From the NCBI GenBank assembly GCA_951406725.2, contig OX597816.1, forward strand, positions 73,966,001-74,030,000: a stretch of DNA of 64,000 nucleotides, given 5' to 3'. Both the position numbers and the translations under genes were made by a program. The DNA comes from Octopus vulgaris. Its lineage: Eukaryota. Under the pieces are notes generated by a model that saw only the letters and a list, made by a program, of their open reading frames with translations, did not search any database and was not told where the DNA came from. Below, in pieces: positions 40,335 to 53,871 of this stretch. Each line of letters starts with the position of its first letter. Position 1 is the stretch's first letter.

Positions 40335-41633
40335 ACCAGCCTTAGAGTCAACCTAGCAAAAACCAAAGTCTTAATAAGTACAAAGGCAGAAAAACCACAA
40401 ATCCCTTCTATGGACACATAGAAGGTACGCAATATCAAAGGAAGGCTAATTGAAAATGTGCAGAAAACAGCTCCCAGGGAAAAAACTAGAAGTAGTTGAT
40501 AGCCTCCATTACCTAGGTGTCCAAGTCAGTAGCGGGGGTGGATGCTCTGAAAGTGTAGCTGCTAGAATTAGAATAGCCTGGGCAAAGTTCGGAGAGCTTC
40601 TACCTCAGCTGGTGACAAAGGGTCTCTCGCTCAGAGTAAAAGGTAGACTATATGACGCATGTGTACAAACTGCCATGCTACATGGCAGTGAAACATGGGC
40701 TGTGACTGCTGAGGACATGCGTAGGCTTGCAAGGAATAAAGCCAGTATGCTCCGCTGGATGTGTAATGTCAGTGAGCATACACGACAGAGTGTAAGCACC
40801 CTGAGAAAAAAGTTGGACTTAAGAAGCCTCAGATGTGGTGTGCAAGAGAGACGATTGTGCTGGTATGGTCATGTGTTGCAAATGGATGAGGAGAGCTGTG
40901 TGAAAAGTGTCACATCCTAGCAGTTGAGGGAACCTGTGGAAGAGGTAGACCCAGGAAGAGCAGGCATGAGGTGATGAAGCATGACCTTCGAACAATGGGC
41001 CTCACCGAGACAATGACTAGTGACCGAGACCTTTGGAGATATACTGTGCTTAAGAATACCAGGCAAGCCAAGTGAGACCATAACCCATGGCCTGTATATA
41101 ACCAGTCCACTTATGAGTACCCTTCATTCATTGGACAATAAACTTTGCTTGCAAAGATCTGTTGAAGCAAGTGAAATCGTTGTCATGGCCAATGAGAGTA
41201 CACTGGTTCATTTTACATATACACAGCGTGACACAGAATGGCACCCATGCCAGTGGCATGTTAAAAGCATCATTCGAGTGTGATCATTGCCAGTGTCACC
41301 TAACTGGCTCCCATGCCATTGGCACAATAAAAACACCACTTGTGCATGGTTGCTGCTAGTACTGCCTAACTGGCTCCTGTGCCAGTGGCACGTAAAAAAA
41401 CACCAGTACTGCCTGACTGGCCCTCATGCTGGTAGCATGTAAAAAGCACCCACTACACTCTCGGAGTAGTTGGCATTAGGAAGGACATCCAACTATAGAA
41501 ACTCTGCCAGATCAGATTGGAGCCTGGTGCAGCCTTCTGGCGTGCCAGCCTTCTGGCGTGCCAGCCTTCAGTCAGATCATCCAACCCATGCCAGCATGGA
41601 AAGCGGACATTAAACGATGATGATGATGATGAT
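40335..41633 (+). mobile_element. longest RTE LINE copy (5'-truncated pseudogene)
   Basis: LRVNLAKTKV...LEVVDSLHYLG...RIRIAWAKF...MLHGSETWAV...WYGHV...GRGRPRK; stop ~41075; tandem-repeat UTR; (GAT)n tail; frameshift and deletion present. Confidence 0.92.
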
Positions 41634-41869
41634 GGGGAGGGGAGAAGGGGAGGAGGAGGAGGGGGAGGTTCGGCAGTTTCCATCATTGGTTGGCTCAGGG
41701 TTATATTAGAAGACACACAAAATACAGCATGTCAGGATTGAACCTGAAACCACATGGTCATGAAGCCAACATCTTAACCAATCAGCCATGACTGTATCTT
41801 ACCAACAAAAACAAACAAATTATATTATCAAATGAAAAAAAAGGCATCAGAGGGGCAATGCATACTCTG

Positions 41870-42314
41870 CACACAGATAAATTTTTTTCACTAATTATGG
41901 TGTGGCTTACAATGCGTTGCTTAACCATGCTTTTTAATTGAACTGAATTAATTAAAAAAAGTTTTTTATTAAGTATCACCATTATAGGTATTTATACTTT
42001 GGTGAAATCAAGAAATCAACTCATAAATAAACAAAACCCTCGAATCAATCACTGTACACACACAGTTGCATGTCTATGTATGTATTTATGTATCTATATA
42101 TGTATATACCAACATGTGTCTACGTGTATAGGTACACCATGATCTATACACACGCAGACGAGGGTTGATTCATATGAAAAAGAAAGTGAACAAAATGAAA
42201 TATTGCATAGAATTTAAGAAGTGTTTCACCATTATAGGCATTTATACTCTGGTGAAATTAAGAAAACCAACCCACAAATAAGCAAAACCCTTGAATCCAT
42301 CACTGTACACCCCT

Positions 42315-42350
<36 letters not shown>

Positions 42351-42510
42351 CGCATATCTGTGTCTGTATTTATGTATGTTTTTCATCATTTTGAGCCACT
42401 CACCCAATGAGTAAAAATCCATTCAGCAGTTTTCTAGTAATTTTGCAAACACACAATAAAGACGTGTGATTACAATACCCTGCTTTCACTTACACACACA
42501 GGGTAATGAC
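41870..42510. mobile_element. Helentron-like element with diverged internal ~250-bp-period duplication
   Basis: 41971-42092 resembles 42219-42378; terminal hairpin ACCCTG...CAGGGT-AAT. Confidence 0.45.
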
Positions 42511-43222
42511 ATTTAATAAAACTAAAAATAATATAAAATGATATAACAATAATCTTTTTGCTCTATTTTAAAAATATCTTAATCATAATGGAAACCAGCT
42601 TTACAGCAAAGTTAAATTGATTTTCATTTGAACCAAACACAGATGTTTTATCCAAGACATACAACGATTCCTCAAAGACATGCAATGATTATAACTTATT
42701 ACTGAAATGATGTTTGGTAAAAATCCAGTGGGAATCATGCTTTGGTTATTTGGTTCATGACAGGACACTGCTTGGAATTTCTTTCCAGACTTACAGACTT
42801 AATCATTATTTATATTCAGGCTGTGTGGGTAAGAAGCTTGCTTCCTAATCATGTGATCTTGGATTTAGTTCCACCGCAGGGCACCTTGGGAGCAAGTGTC
42901 TTCTACTATAGTTCTGAGCCAACCAAAGGCTTGGGAGTGTATTTAATAACTAGAAAGTGAAAGAAACCTGCTGTATGTCTGTTTGTGTGTAGTCTTGCCT
43001 AGACATCGTGATTGCTGTAAATGAGCATCACCGTCATGCAAGCAATGTTGTTCTTTTCCTGTCTTCCATGGAAAACTTGTCTGGCAATGGGAAATATGCT
43101 GTCTTGAAACAGGTGAGGGTTGGCAACAGGAAAAGCATCCAATCACAGAAAATCTGCCTCAGTAAATTCCAAGCATGGAAAAGTGAATGTTGTAATGAAA
43201 TATGATGATCCAACTCATATTT

Positions 43223-43450
43223 ATTTCTTTATTGCCCACAGGGAGCTAAACATAGAGGGGACAAACAAGGACAGACAAAGGAATTAAGTCGATTAATTCG
43301 ACCCCAATATGCAACTGGTACTTAATTTATCGACCCTGAAAGGATAAAAGGCAAAGTCGACCTCAGCAGAATTTGAACTCAGAACCTAAAGACAGACAAA
43401 ATACTGCTAAGCATTTCGCCTGGCATGCTAACGTTTCTTCCAGCTTGCCG
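43223..43450 (-). mobile_element. SINE family C
   Basis: 13-bp TSD CCAACTCATATTT (43210-43222, 43451-43463). Confidence 0.88.
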
Positions 43451-44455
43451 CCAACTCATATTTGTCATCAACCACTCCCCTCTGCTTCAACCCTCGTCAT
43501 CATTCAGTACATTCACACCCAAAGCAATCATGGTGAAGGCACGAAGCCTAGTCGTTAAAGCATTGCCCTGATAGTCATTAGATCATGGGTTCAATTCCTA
43601 TACCTGACAGCATGTTGTGTTCTAGAGTAAAACAATTCATTTCATGTTGCTCTGTATGTGGGACAATGGCAGAATTGTTAGCATGTCAGCAGAAATGCTT
43701 TATGGTATATCTTCCAGCTCTCTACATTCTGAGTTCAAATCTCACCTGCCTGGAGAAGTAACGAGGAAATCAGTCCAGTATTGATCCCAGGTGTAGTCAT
43801 GGTAGCTGAAATTCCAATAATCTACCAAACGGCAGTGGAGTAAGGTATGGTTCCTCCCTAGAGAAAGTTCACATGCACAGGGTCTGCCCTTGGGCAGACC
43901 ACAACTAGAGGCTAGAGATCCCATCTCTAATCATCTGTCATTCTTTTTTTTACAACCTCTACCCATCCACCCTTCTAGTTCTTCTGTCTCCAGGGCAAAC
44001 CTGATATGTTGTCACCATTATTTAATCTCTCATTCCAAGCCCCCTATCCATTACTCTTGTACTATATGAGCAGCCATGCAGCTCCCCCGCACTAAAACAC
44101 ATGATCTGGTCTGGCCCCTCCTTTCATACTTTCAACCTCTTATCTCCTAGCATAAAGCCATTTTCTTCTCTCTGTTGCAGCTTCATTCAGTTGCAAGAGA
44201 TTCTTTAGTCTTGCAAACTGTTTGGGGACCTCACTAGTGCTGGTACCATAGAAAAAAAGGACACTCTGTAAAGTGATTGGTGTAAGGAAAGGCATTCAAC
44301 TGTAGGAGGATGTTCAATGGCTGTATGTTCTTTGCAATGCCAACCCTCACCTGTTTTTATAGCAAGGTAATATTTCTTCATATTTTGCAGAATATTTGTA
44401 ATGAATGACACTGCTTACATGACAGTGGCACTCATTTACAGCAATCACACATGAA

Positions 44456-45110
44456 GCCCATGGTCTAGTGGTTAGGATGTTGCACTCAAGATTGCCAAGT
44501 CACGGGTTCGATTCCCAGAAAGGGTGGCATGTTGTGTTCTGGAGCAAATCATTTCATTTTGTGTTAGTCTAGTGCTGTGGGGACCAGCATGTCAAAGAAT
44601 AGACCCACTATTTCCTCTGCATGTCATATAAGGCAATTAAAAGAGGTTGAGTTACGAGTTGCACTCCAACCTCATAAAACCCTAGAAATAATACATTTCT
44701 AAATCTCTCAGAGAGATTTATACAGTAGTAACTCTATAAAGTGGTGGTATGTTGTCAACTTAATATGACAGTCCCATGAAAGGGAATAATACTACTGCTA
44801 TTTAGCCCTAGGAAGCACCGCATCCTGTCGGCCTTGACATAAGGATACAGGAAATGTGTCAAGGCCGACAGGTGGTAGTACTTCCTAGGGCTAAATAGCA
44901 GTAATATTATTCCCTTTCATGGGACTGTCACATTAAGCTGACAACATACCACCACTCATAAAACCCTCACTAGCAATAACTAGCCAGACAGACCCATGAG
45001 TTGGAGGGTTGTCACCTGAGTGGTGCAAAGGGGTCATCTGCCAAGAGTAGCAGGGAATCACCAACACAAGATGGATACAGCAATGTACTGTCACAGTGTA
45101 TGCCCCCATG
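44456..45110 (+). mobile_element. tRNA-headed SINE-like element containing a long hairpin
   Basis: A box TGGTCTAGTGG, B box GGTTCGATTCC; inverted repeat 44740-44956; 3' boundary uncertain. Confidence 0.6.
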
Positions 45111-46405
45111 CTGCTGCTGCTGCTACTGCTACTACTACTACTACTACTACACAATGTTGAGACAAGGAGACACAAAAACACACATAAGGCTATTATCATC
45201 ATCATCATCATCATCACCATCCACTTTCTCATGTTTGTATGGGGTCAGAGTTAGGATTCCTTGAGGCAGATTTTCTACAGATGGGTGCCCTTCCTGTTGC
45301 CAACCCTCAACTGTTTCCAAATAAGATATTTCCCCATGGCCAGACATGAATTTGTTTTCACAGAATACTGGAAACAAATGGCGACAACCATTTACAACTA
45401 AGCCCACAATGTCAAGACAAGAAGACACGCACACACACACATACACACTTTGGGCTTCCTTCAGTTTCCAAGAAATACACTTGCAAAGCATTGGTTAAGA
45501 TACTTGACCAAGGTTCACACAGTGGCACTGAACTTTAAGCCATGTACTTGGAAAACAAATTTCTTAATTATACAACCATGTTTGCATTTACTATATATAC
45601 ATATGCGCATGCACCCACACACACACACATACACACACACAAACACACACACACGTACAAACACACCACACACCCATACACACATGCATGGACAGATACA
45701 TACGAACACATATATATAAACATATATACACACATACATATGCACACTTGTGTGTGATGTGTAGGTGTGCGTGCATCTGTGTGTTGTGTGTATGTATGTG
45801 TATATGAATGTGTATGAATGTATGTATGTGTGTGTGTGTGAATGTATGTGTGTGTGTGAATGTATGTATGTGTGTGTGAGTGAATGTATGTGTGTGTGTG
45901 AATGTATGTGTGTATGAATGTATGGATGTGTGTACGAATGTATGTATGTATGTTTATAATGTATGTATGTGTGTATAAATGTATGTATGTATGTGTGTTT
46001 ATAATGAATGTATGTGTGTATGAATGTACTTTAGCTCTTCATATATTTTGTTTATGTTTGCCTGACATATAACACTTGTCCAGCCACTGGACTGTGTCTA
46101 TACTGAATGTAATATTGAGATCACTGGTGCGAATCAAGTATTTCAAGGCTGGCCGACTTTCTGGAAACTCTAACATGACATTACATTCAAGTAAATTCTG
46201 TTACGTTCACCACAGACACCACTAACTCAATTTTCTGTTGAAGATCTTGTTAGTGTTGGTGTTGCTGTTCATGCATTTTATATTTTGCTGGTATAAAACT
46301 AAATTATTCAAATATTGAATAGGTACTGGTGCTATGTAAAAAGCATTGACATTGGTATCATGCAAAAAGCACCAGCACTGGTGCCACATAAAGGGTATTG
46401 GTGAG

Positions 46406-46834
46406 CAGGACCAGGTTAAGACCCATTGAGGCCTTAAGCACTTAAAAGATTTTGGTGCCCCCATAAAAAAAATTACGTAATTCAAAATATAAACAATAAC
46501 AAACCATAAAATAAATTTTTATCTTTAAAAACGAAACAAAACAGTAAGAGGGAAAATAATGTGTATTTTTGTTTAATTCCAATTTATTTATATTTGAAAA
46601 TTTTCCTCCTACTTTTTTTGAATTGCAAAGTCTTTGATCAGATCCTCAAAATTAATCTTAGGTAACACATCTGCACCTATACATAGCAGAGATAAAGGCA
46701 TCACGAATATTATTTTAGCAAGTTTAAAGTGATTTCATTTGTGCCATAAACCATTTACCATTTCTGTGGTACCCCCTCCTTCCCATGAGGCCCTAAGCAC
46801 GTGCTTATTTTGCTAAATGGTTAATCCAGCGCTG
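46406..46834 (-). mobile_element. non-autonomous hAT transposon nested in an RTE UTR
   Basis: TIRs CAGGACCAGGTTAA / TTAATCCAGCGCTG; 8-bp flanks TTGGTGAG/CTGGTGAT; remnant LSLLCIGADVLPKINFEDLIKDFAIQKSRRKIF resembling the hAT C-terminal dimerisation region. Confidence 0.8.
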
Positions 46835-47970
46835 CTGGTGATGGTGTCACATATAAAGCACCCATGCTAGTGCCACTTAAAAAGCACTGGTGATAGTGTC
46901 ATGTAAAAAAAAAAGCCACATAAAAGACATCCTTGCTGGTGCCACATATAAAGCACTGGTGCTGATGGCAAGTAAAAAGTACCCAGGGCACTTTGTAAAG
47001 TAGTTGGCATTAGGAAGGGCATCCAGCTGTCAAAACTGTGCCAAAACAGAGAATGGAACCAGGAGCAGCGCCTCCCTTTACCAGCTCCTGTCAAAATGTC
47101 CAACCCATACCAGCATGGAAAATGATGATGATGATGACAAGTCAGCAATTTTAAGAATTCAGGAGTTGTATGGTGTGGTGGTGTTATGTGCTGATAATTT
47201 GACAATATTTTATAGATTTTAAAAAGAATATGAAAACAAAAACTTAAAATGGAGAATTTGTAATAAAAAATAGTATATATGTTGGTTGGTTTCTGCAGTG
47301 ATGCTTTATATCATATGTAGAGAAGTTAAATGGGATATACAAAGAGAGTTAACACAAGAGGTGTATGATGAGAGCTCATACTAGGCTTGGTGGCAGGCAT
47401 TGAGTAAAAGAATGCTACACAAACACAGTGAGAAAGAATTTAAGTGACGGAGGGGAAGGGGCAGGGGCGGTAGAGGGGGGATGGAGGGTGGTGGTGGAGG
47501 AGGAGGATGGGGGAGAGAGGGAGGAAGGGATGGATGGAGGAGGAGGAGGAGGCAAAAAGAGGAGGACATTTATGCAAGAAACTACACAAATGAGTAATTT
47601 GATTTTAAGGTAATGGATGGTTTCCTTTTGATGATTAGTATTCATTTCATCATTTTGTTCCTGCCCAAAGAAATTTGACAAAAGTAAAAATGTATTTATG
47701 TACGCCACATTTCCTGATATTACCACCCATGGGGGCAAAAATATACTTCCAAATTTACCTGCCATATCGGAGGTAACACCGGTTAACATAACAACAGGCA
47801 TTAACTACGTTGTATGACGATTACAATAATAAATATATTATAAACACACATATTACATTACATGTATGTGTATGAGTGTGTCCTTATATATATATATATA
47901 TATATATATAAAACCAAGTGAAAAGATGGAGATAAGATTAATAAAGTTTATTAACACATTGACAAGACCA

Positions 47971-48078
47971 GACCTACAATTGTTTCAATTCATCACGTGC
48001 AGCATAAATCAATCAAATTAAATTTCATTTAACTAAATCAATTTAGCTAATTACTACAAGTGAGAATATCGTCAGGGA
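47971..48078 (-). ncRNA. hammerhead-like motif with extended stem II
   Basis: Minus strand: CC-CTGACGA-T-ATTCTCACTTGTAG...CTGCACGTGATGAAT-T-GAAA-CAATTG-TA-GG; palindromic stem III. Confidence 0.5.
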
Positions 48079-48307
48079 AGGACTACAAAGAAATTTAATC
48101 ATATTTAAAACAGAAAGAAAACATCAAAAAGGAAGAATACAGTGTACGATTAAAGTTAAAAACATACACATTAATAAAAATAGATATAGTTATAAAATAA
48201 AATAGTTATAGTCATAAATTAATATAAATAACAATAATAATGCAGACATACTCATGCAAAAATATGAATATATATATATACACACACACACATACACACA
48301 CAAATAT

Positions 48308-48341
<34 letters not shown>

Positions 48342-48489
48342 TGAGGGTATGAGAGTGAGAGATATTGGTGTCAAGAAGACCCCAAAAGGTGTTGGGTAAT
48401 GCTAAGTAAGTGCTATGGATAGACTATAGTTAAGCTCCAGGTTCGATAATGATGCGAATGAGGAGACCAGCGTGAATCATGTATTAGCA

Positions 48490-48525
<36 letters not shown>

Positions 48526-48593
48526 CATACATACATATAAACATACATATAAATTGACAGAATGAGCCTTGGATTTTTTATCTCATTCTGTCA

Positions 48594-48665
<72 letters not shown>

Positions 48666-49123
48666 ATAGAGACCAAAGTGTACATACGCCGTTATATCAT
48701 CGTTTAACGTCCACTTTCCATGCTAGTATGGGTTGGACGATTTGACTGAGGTCTGGCAAACCAGATGGCTGCACCAGACTCCAATCTGATCTGGCAGAGT
48801 TTCTACAGCTGGATGCCCTTCCTAACGCCAACCACTCCGAGAGTGTAGTGGGTGCTTTTACATGCTACTGGTACGAGGGCCAGTTAGGTGGTATTGGCAA
48901 TATATATATATATAATACAAAATGGGACAAGAATGCAAAACATTCAGCCAGTTAGGTGATAGAAAAAGGTACAACAAAACATCCAGTTAGACAATACAAA
49001 GAAAACAAGGAGTTTTTTTTCCTCAGTCGAGTTCCAGATTATCTTTGTGTGTGTATCAAATAAAATGAGACAACAAAAGCAAGGCTGTGTGGAATTTATA
49101 AGACATTTATAAAGTGAAAGGAA

Positions 49124-49171
49124 GTCTTACAGCTGTTTTGGGGATATTAGGGATATCCCTTCATCAGAGAC
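49124..49171 (-). ncRNA. minimal hammerhead-like motif (G12 mutated)
   Basis: Minus strand: GTCT-CTGATGA-A-GGGATAT(cccta)ATATCCC-C-AAAA-CAGCTG-TA-AGAC. Confidence 0.6.
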
Positions 49172-51781
49172 GATATGAGAGAGTTAACTAGAGGGAAATA
49201 GATTAAGGATGTATCTTAATAGTGGAGGTACAAAATCAATCATTTCTGAGGAACAGAGGCCATTATCGTAGCAATAGAAAAGACAAAGAGAGAGAGGGAA
49301 GACAGAACACTTATGGGTTAGAGGCTGGAGTGTAGGTTTAATACCGATTTAATGCTGATACAAACTAAAGTAAGATTTTCCAGGTGTAGATGGAAGGTCA
49401 CCGGAGAGAAGAAAAAGAAGAGCAAGAAAGGAGAAGAAAAAGGAGAAAGAAGACAAAGAACTTGAATGCGAATTTAATATGTGTATGAACTTTTGAAGCA
49501 AAGCTCTTACACCTTAATCTTTATTCCTTCCATCATGTTATCCCGACACTATGAATTTTTTCTAGCCCTAATCCTTAAATTATAGATATTCCCTTTCCCT
49601 TCTATAATCCCTAAACTATGGTTATTTACTCTTAGGGTTGATTAAGTACTCAACAACAAAAACCAGTTTCCTTACAAGTCAACAAGCGAGTTTCAACATA
49701 GTTACGGAACCTGCTAGAAATAGCAGTGAAATATCCCTCAACTCACACTAAAAAGTACACAAAGGGTAACGTAGTCCAAGATATATATGTTTATAGGGGC
49801 CAGCAAGAGGCCAGCTGTCTTAGACCTCCATACTAAAGTCTGAATGAAGATTCGTAATCTCTCTTAAGATACAGTAATGGTTTTTCATTGCCTTTCCCAG
49901 TTTAGTTACAGTTAATTCCGATCTCCGGTCAAATTATTTTTGAGGCTAGGGGCCTATTTAACTCATAGACAAACTGACTGGTTCACATGATATTAGGGCA
50001 TGTCTACACACCAGTGTGATATATGTCTAAGGGCCTGGCCTCCCATCGCTCCTGTATGTCTTAGCCGCAGGACGCCCCTTCTACAAATCCGGTCACGCTG
50101 CTTGCACGGATTTCCGTGACTCTGCCGCCATCCAATTCTATCATGAATTAAACTGGGAGTTTGAGCCATAATGAATCTTTCATTCGCTAATTACACAACC
50201 GTGGACACAGCCCCTATTGATGTATTGAAGGTACTCCCTTGATAAAGCTTGGTGACCCTGACCATTGATCTTATAGAACTCCTCCGCTCAGCATCAATGT
50301 AAGAGACACAATTGGCTCTGTTAAGTTCTTCCGCTGCCTTTTCACAACCCACCATGCTGCAGTCCCATGACATCGCCGTATCCCTGGCAAGATGACTGAA
50401 CGGGTGTTATGCCTTGCATAAGGGCAACCCGTAAATATGCAGATCACGGTCATCACTGTGTGAAGTATTTTAAAAAATATCCGCATACCCCGACCCTTCT
50501 ATTGTTTGATCTACGACTAGGGCCCTTGACAAACACTACCGCTCTGGGTCAGACTGGACAGTATATTAACTCCATGCTTTGCAAAACTCTTGAACTTCAT
50601 GCTGGAGTTTCACCACCGAGTGCAGTGTCTTTAATAATGTAAAGCATGGTAATTTCTTTGCCTTCTTCTCAGTTATCATTCTACACAGGTAGGGAACTGC
50701 CTTCTAGAAGAAAACTGCCTGAGGCCATCCCTGATTCTATGATACAAATTCGCTGTTTTAAAGTGATCTAAATCAAAACCATCTGTCAAAATTTCATGCT
50801 AATTTGTGTTCCAAACACCAGCTTAATAACGACAAAGTCTTTTCTCGACATCACAAGAATTTAGAATCTTTCAGAGATATGAAATGAATTGTTAATAACG
50901 ATGGTACACAAAGTAATTAGTTACAAATAATAGCTGGATGGGGGGGGGGGAGTCGAAGGTTGCTTCTATCCAAGAGAGTTTTTGACCCAATATTTTTCCT
51001 GTTATTATTTACAGCTTTATCTACTTCACGTCCCCTTATTAAAAAGTTATTTCATTAAATTCTTAATTTATTTAAAAATTAATTAAAAGAAAGACAATGT
51101 ATTTCAAGAGAAATATGGTAACAAAAGGGTGCAACAAGAACCAGCAAAATGATTTTAAGATAAAAAAAAAAATTAAACATGTGCAACTGAAATTAAAAAG
51201 TAAAGTTGTTTTTAAATTACATTAATAATATTTTATTAACGGACAAATTATTACCTTTTAAACAGAAAGTTGTCTCTTTCACGTAATTACAGCTTTTCTT
51301 TTTGACTAGGAGCAAAACTATATTGTGACATACCTGTCTTGTTGTAATGAAAGACATTCCAGTCAGAAACATCCCTTAAAACCCTTTATCTTTTTTTATT
51401 CGGGTATTTAGTGTACCCTTCATTATATTGACCAATATATTACTCTTTTTCTAAGACGGTAGCAAGATTTGAAGAAGATTTGGCTGCTATTTCCAGCAGG
51501 CTGGTGTATATGTAAAATGAACCAGTGTCAGTCATGACTCGAAACCTGACTGCCATATCCCTTCTTTAACAGCTTACCTTTTGTTCAACGACGGTTCGTG
51601 TTAATAAATAAAGATTGATTTCTAATATTGGCACAGAGCCAATATAGTTTGTGGGAGGGTAGAGCCTGTTTAAATTAGCCACAGAAAATATATCGATTTA
51701 TAACAGCTTTTTTTTTTATCACTCTCCAAAAGGATGTTAGTAATAAATATTTTAAAAAAAACATTTTAAATTACACACAAC

Positions 51782-52100
51782 CTGACCCTCCGTCGGTTAC
51801 GACGATGCTTGTTCCAGTTGATCCGATCAACGGAACAGCCAGCTCGTGAAATTTGCGTGCAAGTGAGTTAGCGCTCCACAGACACACGTAACCTCCTCAG
51901 GGAGATTCAGCGTGACACAGAATGTAACAAAGCTGGGCCACTTCTGAAATACAAATACAACTCATTTTTGCCAGCTGAGAGGATTGGAGCAACGTAAAAT
52001 AAAGGATCTCGCTCAAGGACACAAGGCGCCGCCGGAGATCGAACTCGCAGCCTTGCAATCGTGAGCCGAATACCCGAGCAATTAAGCCACGCGCCTTCTC
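51782..52100 (-). mobile_element. tRNA-derived SINE family F (CpG-intact)
   Basis: Minus strand head GGCGCGTGGCTTAATTG...GAGTTCGATCTCC, then TTGTGTCCTTGAGC core. Confidence 0.8.
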
Positions 52101-52473
52101 AAATCACACATACACACACATACTTAGAAGAATATATTGAGTTCCTTATTTTTAGTTTGTAGAATTACTGAGTACGAAATAATGAAATAAAAGAGACATG
52201 CTATAAGAATAGAGAAAAGAATGCAAACACATTACCTTTTATTTATGTATGCATGTATGTATATATGTGTACAAATGCATGCATACATACACACATACGT
52301 ATATGCACACACACACACACGTAGCTGTTTTATTTTTAATAGGGCAAAAGGAGCCAAGATTTGTGCACGAAGGAAACCGGCGGCCCTTGAGTCGCTTCGT
52401 TAATTTTTACCGATTAACAGTGAAAAACACTCATGTTTTGAGTTGTATTTATCCTGTTTGCACTACCAAATCT

Positions 52474-52507
<34 letters not shown>

Positions 52508-52658
52508 GAAAATGAACTTTAATACTTCTCATTCAGAATAAAAATAAAGCCAAAAATAAATAAATATCGCAGAGGAAAAAAATTATGTAATGAAATTTTT
52601 TTTTTAAATGAGTAAGAGTAATAAAAGAAAGAATTTTAACAAAAGAGAAGTAACTTAC

Positions 52659-52884
52659 TCGATTCAACACAGGTAAAGTATACATGGTTTTTTTTAGATG
52701 TGGTGTGGTGGATGAGGAGCAGAGAGTTAAGAGAGAGTATGGGAGAGAGGGAGAGAAAGATAGAGAGAAGGTGGCGGGGACGGCGGAGATGGTTGTTCCT
52801 TAATGTCAGTTTTGTCACTAAGTAAAAGACTGAGTTGGTAGGAAATGGGGAAGACTCACTTGGTGGCGGTAATATACATTCCAA
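52659..52884 (-). other. candidate first or 5' exon of a minus-strand host gene
   Basis: Unique sequence; ATG-initiated open frame running to a perfect GTAAGT donor at 52658; follows a 1.3-kb CT-rich tract (minus strand) in a CpG-retaining zone; no recognisable homology. Confidence 0.25.
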
Positions 52885-53099
52885 CAGACAGAATTGTTGT
52901 TCGTTTAATGTGGGGATGATAAACTTTCATATTTGTTATATTTATAAGTTTGTTTTTCATTTGTTTTTTTAGGAGGTTCTGGAGCTGGTGGTAGTGGTGG
53001 TGGTGGTGGTGGTGGTAGTGGTGGTGGTGGTGGTGAGGTATTTGGTTTGATTACTGGTTGTGTAAGGGGTGAGATGAGGTGAGGGTGAGACTTAACTTG

Positions 53100-53834
53100 A
53101 CAGGGTTGAGTGGCGGAGGAGATAGAAAGACAAGGAAAGTCAGGGAGAGAGAAGGAAGAAAGACGGCGAAAAAGAGAGAGAGCGCGAGAAAGAAAGACAG
53201 AGGGAGCGAGAAAGGTGGGAGAGAAGAAAGCCCGAGTGACAGAATAGATAGAAAAACAGCGAGCGAGAGAGAGAGAGAGGATAGAAAGACGAAGATAGAA
53301 AGAGAAAGGTAGAGAGAGGGAAGATAAAAGGTAATGAGGAAAAGAAAGGGGAAAGAAAAAAAGCTAGAAGAATAGAGCGATAATGAAAGAGAAGAATCGA
53401 GTGAAAGAGAGGATAGAAAGATAAAGAGAGAAGGGATAGAGAAAGCTGAATAAGGAATGGGAAGAAGTGACTGAAAAAAGAGAAAGTGAGAGAGAAGTGT
53501 TGAGTATAAGCGTAGAGAGAGAGATAATAGGAGAGAAATAGAGAGAAAGGATGAAGTAATAGCGAATAATGCAGAGAAAGAGAGAGAGAATAGTGATAGG
53601 ACAGACGAGAGAAAGATAGCAAGAGAGGGGAGAGAAGGATGAAGAAAAAGATATTGAAGAGAGACATTAAGAGAAAGGTGCACATATATCTATATATATA
53701 TAAAGAGAGAGAGAGAAGAATGAGAGGAAAAGATAAACATTAATAGAGAGGTGGGGAGAGAGAGAGATAAAGATTAAGAGTAAGGTGGGGAAGATAGAGA
53801 GTAGGACGGAGGTGGAGCGATGTGTGTGTGTATA

Positions 53835-53871
<37 letters not shown>

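Noticed and set aside
40450-40920. Functional reverse transcriptase CDS
   Set aside because: 5'-truncated, internally deleted and frameshifted; lacks the catalytic RT core
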